Below the pieces are notes generated by a model, which was not told the origin of the DNA, did no database searches, and worked only from the letters and a program-made list of their open reading frames with translations. Source: a virus. Taken from it: 64,000 bases of DNA. Of this stretch, positions 58,165 through 64,000 are shown in pieces. How positions within the stretch are numbered: position 1 is the first letter of the stretch; each line of letters opens with the position of its first letter. The DNA is taken from positions 1 to 64,000 of the IMG/VR virus record IMGVR_UViG_3300032053_000011; one strand, written 5' to 3'. The position numbers were made by a program, and so were the translations under genes.

Positions 58165-58732
58165 GGTTGACGATCCTATCAGGGTTCATGGTCGTGATCA
58201 TCCGTCCTCTGCGATGCTGCAAGCATCGCGTCTCGGCGCGGCAGTCTTGCGAGATGCTCCACAATCGCGAGGCCGCTCTTCGGGTGCGCGTAGACCTCCG
58301 CCTCGACATAGATCGCGAGCAGGGCATCGGTCACCCCATCAGTTCCGCCTGTCTCTCGCGTGAGCTGATGGAGCACGCGGAGGAGGACTCGCTGGAGCGC
58401 ATCGATCTGCGCCGGGCGGAGCTTCTCAACTGAATTGCCCTCGTAGAAGTATTCGAACTCGTAGTTGATCAGCGTGCGAGGCCCGGTTGGGACACACCCG
58501 ATCAGGAGCAGTGCTGCGGTCCGTCTTGGATTCATCATGCTGCCGAAGAGCATGGCCCGCTTGTCACCGAACCAACTGCACCGAATCCAGTCAGTGCCGA
58601 AGAGTTCGTCCGGGAAGTCGATGGGCGAGAGATCGCTGAACGCGCCCATCAGCGCGACGGCCTGTTGCAGCGTGCCGCCGCCCATGGCGACCCTTGTCAT
58701 CAGTTCCTGTTGGAACTCTGCGCGGTAGTCCG

Positions 58733-59179
58733 TCATCGGTGGCGTCCCAGATGCGCGCGGCCCTCTGCCGTGATCCGATAGGCTGATCCCCTCTTCGGGT
58801 CGACCCGTATGATCAGTCCCCTTCCTCTGAAGCGATAGAGCGCAAGGTGGATCGCACTCGTCGTGATGCGTTTGTTCGCCTGCGCGAACTCGCTGATCAT
58901 CGCCGCTGCCGTAATCTGTCCAGCCACCTGCACAACTGCGAGCAGTGCGAGTCCAAGCGTGAGATCGCCCTTCTCGAGGCTCGCGAAAATCTCCGAAACG
59001 GTCTCTTGCGCGGGGAGATGGCCGCACGCACGAAGAGCCATGCGGATGTCGTCTTCCTCGCGCTGAAGAGCCTCGAGCGACTGTTCGATCTCAGCGAGGC
59101 GTGCGAGGAACGCGGCGGCAAGCTCGTCGCTTTCGCGCTTCGCCTCTTTCAACCGCACGATGAGATCGTCCGTCTCCAT
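58733..59179 (-). CDS. coiled-coil plus winged-HTH protein
   Basis: AIHLALYRF..RGLI...YRITAEGR. Confidence 0.55.
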   Translation of the reverse strand: METDDLIVRLKEAKRESDELAAAFLARLAEIEQSLEALQREEDDIRMALRACGHLPAQETVSEIFASLEKGDLTLGLALLAVVQVAGQITAAAMISEFAQANKRITTSAIHLALYRFRGRGLIIRVDPKRGSAYRITAEGRAHLGRHR

Positions 59180-59953
59180 CAGTCCATCTCCACGACGCGG
59201 TCGCCGCATGCCCGACACGTCTTGATCATCGCGTGGTAGCCAGCGTACTCGTTCACGTCCTGATGGAATCCCAGCCAACACCGCAACCGTGACCACCATC
59301 GTCGTGGAGCCGGTGCCGTTGACGTCATTGACTCTCGGTACGGATGGCTCACGAATCCTCGAAGACCTTCTGGAACGCCTTGCGCTCGAGACCTGGACGC
59401 GCCTTGAGCCACGCCTCGTCCATTGCGATGATATTCGCGTAGATCCCGTCGTCGCACGTGCTCATCCAGTTCGCCATATCTCGGCATCCCGGAATATACG
59501 ACGTGTAGACCTCATCACGATCGACGGTCTGCGCCTCTCGCAGCAGCTTCCGTGCGGAGACCACATACGCCCGCATGCGAATGAACCCGGCGATCTGTCG
59601 CTCGAGTTGGTGATGGTTGCCACACAGCGTCGCGTCGACCGACGAGCGCTTGTTCGGGCAGCGCTTTGATCTCCATATCCACGGGCAGCGATCTTTCATC
59701 GACAGCTTCACTTGCCGACCGCACCACCGGCCCGTCTTGGATCATCGGTGAGTTTTCCGGTCTCTCGGTGCCGCGTCATGACCTCGCGTACGTCACCATG
59801 CCGTGGGCACACGTCGTTGTCGCCGACATGAAACCAACACCGGCCAACCGAGACGCCGTCGCCAGTGAACTCCCGAATCGCACACGACTTCGGAAAGATG
59901 CACTCTGGATGGATAGGACTTGGTTCGACGGGTTTGCTGTTTGCCATGGCGCG

Positions 59954-59981
59954 AGTATAGCGGATGGCTAGCGCAGCGCAA
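59954..59981 (-). promoter_or_regulatory. GCTAGC-box promoter (leaderless)
   Basis: TTGCGC-16bp-TATACT, 6 nt to ATG 59947. Confidence 0.55.
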
Positions 59982-59984
59982 GCC

Positions 59985-60680
59985 CTACTTCGTCCAAGAC
60001 GGCAGACATGGTGCCAAGTGCTGCCACAGAGCCGTGGTTGCCCAGAGATCCCGCAGGCAGTACGCCGCGATCTCGGCAATGCGCCCGGCGCGGTACCACT
60101 CGCCGACCTTCGATCCATCGAGCTCACCCTTCGGACTCGGGATCCCGAGCAACTCACACGTGAAGTCGAGGTTGTATGCCTTCGCCTTGCCCCAGATGCT
60201 CAGCTCCTCGCGCAGGTCCATGTGCACATCGCGGTCGTACCACCTCGATGCACACCGATGGAGGGGCTTGATCCCATGGATATACGAGCGGCCTGTCAGG
60301 AATGGCCCATCGAACGAGAACCCGTTGAAGGTCACGATCTGACGCCCCTGGATCGTGCGCCAGAGGTAACTCAGCATCTCGGCTTCGCTGCACTGGATCC
60401 AATCGATGCCATCCTCGCGCCGGGTCGGTCCGCTGCCCTCGTAGAGCACCGCACCGCGTTTCACCACCGGGTTCAGGATTCCGATCACGATCGCCTTGCC
60501 AGTGGCAGGCTCGAGCGCACAGCGGTCCGCGGCGGTCTCGGTGAGCGCGGGGTTCTTGGCCTGCGCCGCCGCATGTAGCTTCTCGAGGTGCGCACGCTGG
60601 CGTTCGCTGAGCTTGTCCCAGAGAGACACGCACTCGGAATCCACCACCAAGGGTTCGCGCCGAGGCGCGCTGGTGCTCAT
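59985..60680 (-). CDS. PolB-like 3'-5' exonuclease (DnaQ superfamily)
   Basis: VVDSE, VTFNGFSFDGPFL, H.DL, YCLRDL exonuclease motifs. Confidence 0.8.
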   Translation of the reverse strand: MSTSAPRREPLVVDSECVSLWDKLSERQRAHLEKLHAAAQAKNPALTETAADRCALEPATGKAIVIGILNPVVKRGAVLYEGSGPTRREDGIDWIQCSEAEMLSYLWRTIQGRQIVTFNGFSFDGPFLTGRSYIHGIKPLHRCASRWYDRDVHMDLREELSIWGKAKAYNLDFTCELLGIPSPKGELDGSKVGEWYRAGRIAEIAAYCLRDLWATTALWQHLAPCLPSWTK

Positions 60681-61215
60681 GGCTTCGGTTTCCGCCAGGA
60701 CGACGGCTCACAACCGTTATGACTCCGTTTGAAGTCTGCGGCCTCACGCTCGACGTCATCGCCGTATTCGCGATCGAGCCGTTCGGCGTCCGCGAACACG
60801 TCCGCGTACCGAGGATCATTCGCGGTCTCGATCAATCCAGCGACGAAGGGAAGGGCGGACGGATCAGCGGGCGCCGGTCTGATCAGATGCTTTCGCGCGA
60901 ACGCAACGATGCTTGGCACATCAGCGATGGGCAGGGACTCCTCGATCTTCGCAGCGCCACCGCCATGCGCGCACCCATAGACGCGCTCGACCAGTCCATC
61001 GTCTGCCTCGCCGTGGATCCACGACACGGACACGAACCGCCCATCCTCGCGCCACAGAATGTGTGCGCTCGAGCAAGTCAGCGGCTCGATGTCTACCGTC
61101 GCATCCAGCACGTCGGCAATGATGCTGCTGTATCGCGCGAGGCGTCGGAGTTCATTGGACTGGCTTCTGACGATGCTCGCCGGTGTCATGTCGGTATCGT
61201 TGGGTTCGGCGGATC

Positions 61216-61602
61216 TCATGATGATGTTCCCTCGGCCGCAGCAGCGGCGGCGATGGCGCGGTCGAACGCGGCGAGCATGACCGGGTGCGCGACCGTGTCC
61301 TGCCAGTAGCAGAACGCCTTGGTCGGACACGCTGCGTCGAGCATCCGAATGGCCAGGAGATACTCTCCGCTTTCGACGCGCTCGGTCGGCAGAACCGCGA
61401 ATACGGCGCCGTAGCCACACCATGAAACCGCGGTGGGTGAATCTGGTTCGCACTTCTCGCCGTTCGCGTCGCGTGCGGACATACCTCTGCCAACGAACCA
61501 CGCCTCGGGCCTATCGATGAGCGCTCTCGCTGCGATGAGGGCTTCGCGCACGTTCATGCTGCCGGTCGCGGGGTCTGGTGTGGGCGCGTCCGGCTGGGTC
61601 AC
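61216..61602 (-). CDS. DUF6197-like phage protein
   Basis: AARALI..PEAW...WC..GA...WQD..AH..MLAAFDRAI. Confidence 0.55.
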   Translation of the reverse strand: MTQPDAPTPDPATGSMNVREALIAARALIDRPEAWFVGRGMSARDANGEKCEPDSPTAVSWCGYGAVFAVLPTERVESGEYLLAIRMLDAACPTKAFCYWQDTVAHPVMLAAFDRAIAAAAAAEGTSS

Positions 61603-61972
61603 GATGGAGTCCTCTCAGCGCTGCGGCGGTAGTGGCGCGCCTCATCGATCATTCGCAGCACCGCACTTCGCACGTTGTCGGCGATCTCTTCGGAAGATGT
61701 CGCTTCGATGGCTGGGTGCGCAGCCACCACGCCGATGGACATCGTGAGCGCAAGAATGATGTCTTCGAGCGATAGCTCCGCGGCCAGCACCACGTCGTCG
61801 ATCGTGTTGCTCAACTCGATGATCGGATCGTTCACCGCCGTGTCGTCGTCGCTCATGGCCGTCCGTCAGTATCCAGCGCCGCGTCGGAGTCGCGCCACAC
61901 CCGCGAGCAACGCCTCGGCAGCAGCATCTCGCGGAGTCGTCTTGCCGTCGCTGTGGATCGTCACAATCTGCG

Positions 61973-62788
61973 TCAAGATGGCTTCTCGTAGTGTTTGCAA
62001 CCTGGGGAATGAGGTGGATGAAGGAAGTCAGCCAGTGACGTTGTGAACCGACTCACGCCCGTTCCATCTGCGATCAGCACACGGATGTTTCCCGGGCACG
62101 GCGCAATCATGGAAGCGATTCGATCGGTGAACCCAATCTCCCAGAGCAGGTCATGGAGCTCGTCCTCGGGACAGAACTCGATATGCAGGGTGGCGCCTGA
62201 CGCGATCTCTTCAGACGTCGGCGGCTCGAACTCTGCGAGCACCATGGCGCTCACGAGGTCCGGGTAACTGCAATCAATGACCAGACCGATATGCGTATCG
62301 GCCAAGTCGGGATTCTGCGGGACGGCCTGCAAGTAGAGATCCCACAGAGTCTCTGTCGCGTCTGAGAGTAGCTCGAGTCCTTCTTCGCTCGGCTGCTCAC
62401 TGTCGGACTCGCCATCGTCTTCGTCGGGTGAGGCGTGGAGGAACTCGACCGTCGATCGTCGGAGCGTGCGCAAGCCATGGTCGTCCGCGACCACGCAGAC
62501 GAAGAAACCGGGCTCCGGCGCCGTCACCCCCGCCAGTTTGCCGGTCCCGACAGAGCTTATGACGGCCAGAGCTTGGGCCTCGCTCACCAGTCCCACGAAG
62601 CACAGCGCCTCCGCAGCGGGGTCATGGCGTGGAAGTATCCCCACCTCCGCCATGGCGGCACCGAGTGCGTCGGCCAACGGCGGCTGCGAGACATCGACGA
62701 CCAGCCCCAGGTACTGCTCTGCGGTGGCGGGCTCTCTCTCGTGCGCCTGGATGCAGAGCTGTTGGAGCGTGCGTTGCGCTGGCGTCAT
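61973..62788 (-). CDS. hypothetical protein with internal domain duplication
   Basis: Two similar halves (GLVVD/GLVID; AP.PG...VAD/IAD) joined by acidic linker. Confidence 0.6.
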   Translation of the reverse strand: MTPAQRTLQQLCIQAHEREPATAEQYLGLVVDVSQPPLADALGAAMAEVGILPRHDPAAEALCFVGLVSEAQALAVISSVGTGKLAGVTAPEPGFFVCVVADDHGLRTLRRSTVEFLHASPDEDDGESDSEQPSEEGLELLSDATETLWDLYLQAVPQNPDLADTHIGLVIDCSYPDLVSAMVLAEFEPPTSEEIASGATLHIEFCPEDELHDLLWEIGFTDRIASMIAPCPGNIRVLIADGTGVSRFTTSLADFLHPPHSPGCKHYEKPS

Positions 62789-63624
62789 TGGCCCACCAGC
62801 AAGGGCAAGTGCGTCTTCTTCAGATGCCGTTCGTGAAGACCGAGCGCGCGGCCGTCGGGCAGGCGCGGGAATTCATCGTGCGTCCGGCCGTCGAGAACAC
62901 GACCCGCGCTCTCGGGCCGGACGCCGCCCCACTGCTTCCAATGGAAGGCCACGTGGGCACTCGCGCAGTCGTCCCGCAAGTGACGCGCCCAGTCCACGCG
63001 GTCCTCTCGCGGGGTCCAGTGCCCATGGTGATCCCGCACAGACATCCCGCGCTGCGCTCGGATCTCCGCGTCCATCAGGTGGAGACCAGACTCTCCACCT
63101 CCGATGATCCAGTTCAGTCCCGTGAGATCGAACCGCATGTCCGAGAGCATCGGCTCGCACGAGACGAAGCGGATCTCGGCTTCGATCTGGCGAAGAGTCT
63201 CGAGGAGCTTGTGCGACGAGACATGACCGGCGCTCACCCCGATCCATGCGTTGCCGGGCAGCTTGCGCCGCTCGCGCGTGTAGCGCAGGACGTTCTCGGG
63301 TCGCTTCGTCAGGATCTGGTACTGGTGCTGAGGCGTCTTCTCGATCACGTCCACGATCTTGTCGCGGTAGTCATCGGGCACGTCGACATGGCCGAAGTCG
63401 CTCATCGAGTTCACGAACACGAGGCTCGGCTGCTTCAACGCGAATGGTTCGCGCAGCTTGTGCGGCCGGAACGTCATGTCGAACCCGTTCGGGAACGCTG
63501 GCGTGCCGCGCTTCTTCTCCGCGAGCGTCATCGCGTAGCAGTGCTTGCACTCGGGTCCGGCGATGGTGCATCCGCTCATCGGATTCCACGTCGCGTCGGT
63601 CCACTTGATCGCCGTCTCGTTCAT
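62785..63624 (-). CDS. phage Gp37/Gp68 (DUF5131) protein
   Basis: IKWTDATWNP.SGC...C.HCYA, FVNSMSD, QILTKRP, FVSCEP, WIIGGGESG, KQWGG. Confidence 0.92.
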   Translation of the reverse strand: MNETAIKWTDATWNPMSGCTIAGPECKHCYAMTLAEKKRGTPAFPNGFDMTFRPHKLREPFALKQPSLVFVNSMSDFGHVDVPDDYRDKIVDVIEKTPQHQYQILTKRPENVLRYTRERRKLPGNAWIGVSAGHVSSHKLLETLRQIEAEIRFVSCEPMLSDMRFDLTGLNWIIGGGESGLHLMDAEIRAQRGMSVRDHHGHWTPREDRVDWARHLRDDCASAHVAFHWKQWGGVRPESAGRVLDGRTHDEFPRLPDGRALGLHERHLKKTHLPLLVGQ

Positions 63625-63731
63625 TAGAAGCCTCGGTTCTGACGGTAGATCGGCAATGCAGTCGACTGCAACCGCACGCGTGACATTCTCTGGCCGTGGA
63701 CATCACCGACGGATCGGCTCGGCCCACAGCA

Positions 63732-63760
63732 GCGCTATCACGATGCTAGCGCACGGTCAA
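63732..63760 (-). promoter_or_regulatory. GCTAGC-box promoter
   Basis: TTGACC-17bp-TAGCGC with GCTAGC and GATAGC boxes. Confidence 0.55.
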
Positions 63761-64000
63761 GTGCTCAGTTCGGCAGGCTGGTCTTCATGCGCGTCACGAA
63801 TGGATCGGGCAGTGCCACGAACACAGGAACTGGCTGGAGCTGAGATGCGAGCAACGACAGGCGTGATGCGCGCAGCGCGCGCCAACACGAGTCGCAATGG
63901 CGTGAACCCTCGATCGACGTTGTCGACGGGTTGGCACAACGACAGCAGCGCGCGTTCATCGCGCGGCCTGCTTCTCGGACTTGTCGTCGAATACGACCGA

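Noticed and set aside
1-64000. Genome-wide TAG reassignment suggested by the suppressor tRNA
   Set aside because: Conserved long genes (M20 hydrolase, GHKL, RadA, Gp37/68, GH64) are intact under code 11 and several end plausibly at TAG. Recoding outside this window cannot be excluded.

Overview
GC-rich window that reads as part of a large (jumbo-type) bacteriophage or phage-like element. Evidence: dense, translationally coupled short ORFs mostly on the - strand, a tRNA cluster, and phage-type genes (Gp37/Gp68, HNH, PolB-like exonuclease, PD-(D/E)XK protein, holin-like and SLT proteins). No host housekeeping operons, capsid, terminase, rRNA or CRISPR array are recognisable. Highlights: (1) about 24 paralogues of an unrecognised helical protein family with conserved N-terminal (G-x-[ILV]-P-L-x-x-A-[VI]) and C-terminal (G-P-P-T-[LI]-x-E/Q-[IL]-V-x-A-A) motifs around hypervariable cores, arranged in tandem arrays; (2) a tRNA cluster in which five tRNAs carry C instead of the near-invariant U33, followed directly by a cytidine-deaminase-fold gene (possible phage tRNA C-to-U editing); (3) a separate amber-suppressor tRNA(CUA) beside a PTH2-like gene; (4) a tRNA-Trp split by an HNH gene; (5) about 10 sigma70-like promoters containing tandem GCTAGC boxes, most apparently driving leaderless mRNAs; (6) accessory enzymes (peptide deformylase, GH64 glucanase, M20 amidohydrolase, RadA-like protein with acidic tail, GHKL ATPase with HExxH). 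All calls come from reading motifs by eye; no database searches were run, and many small hypothetical ORFs are listed with low confidence or omitted.
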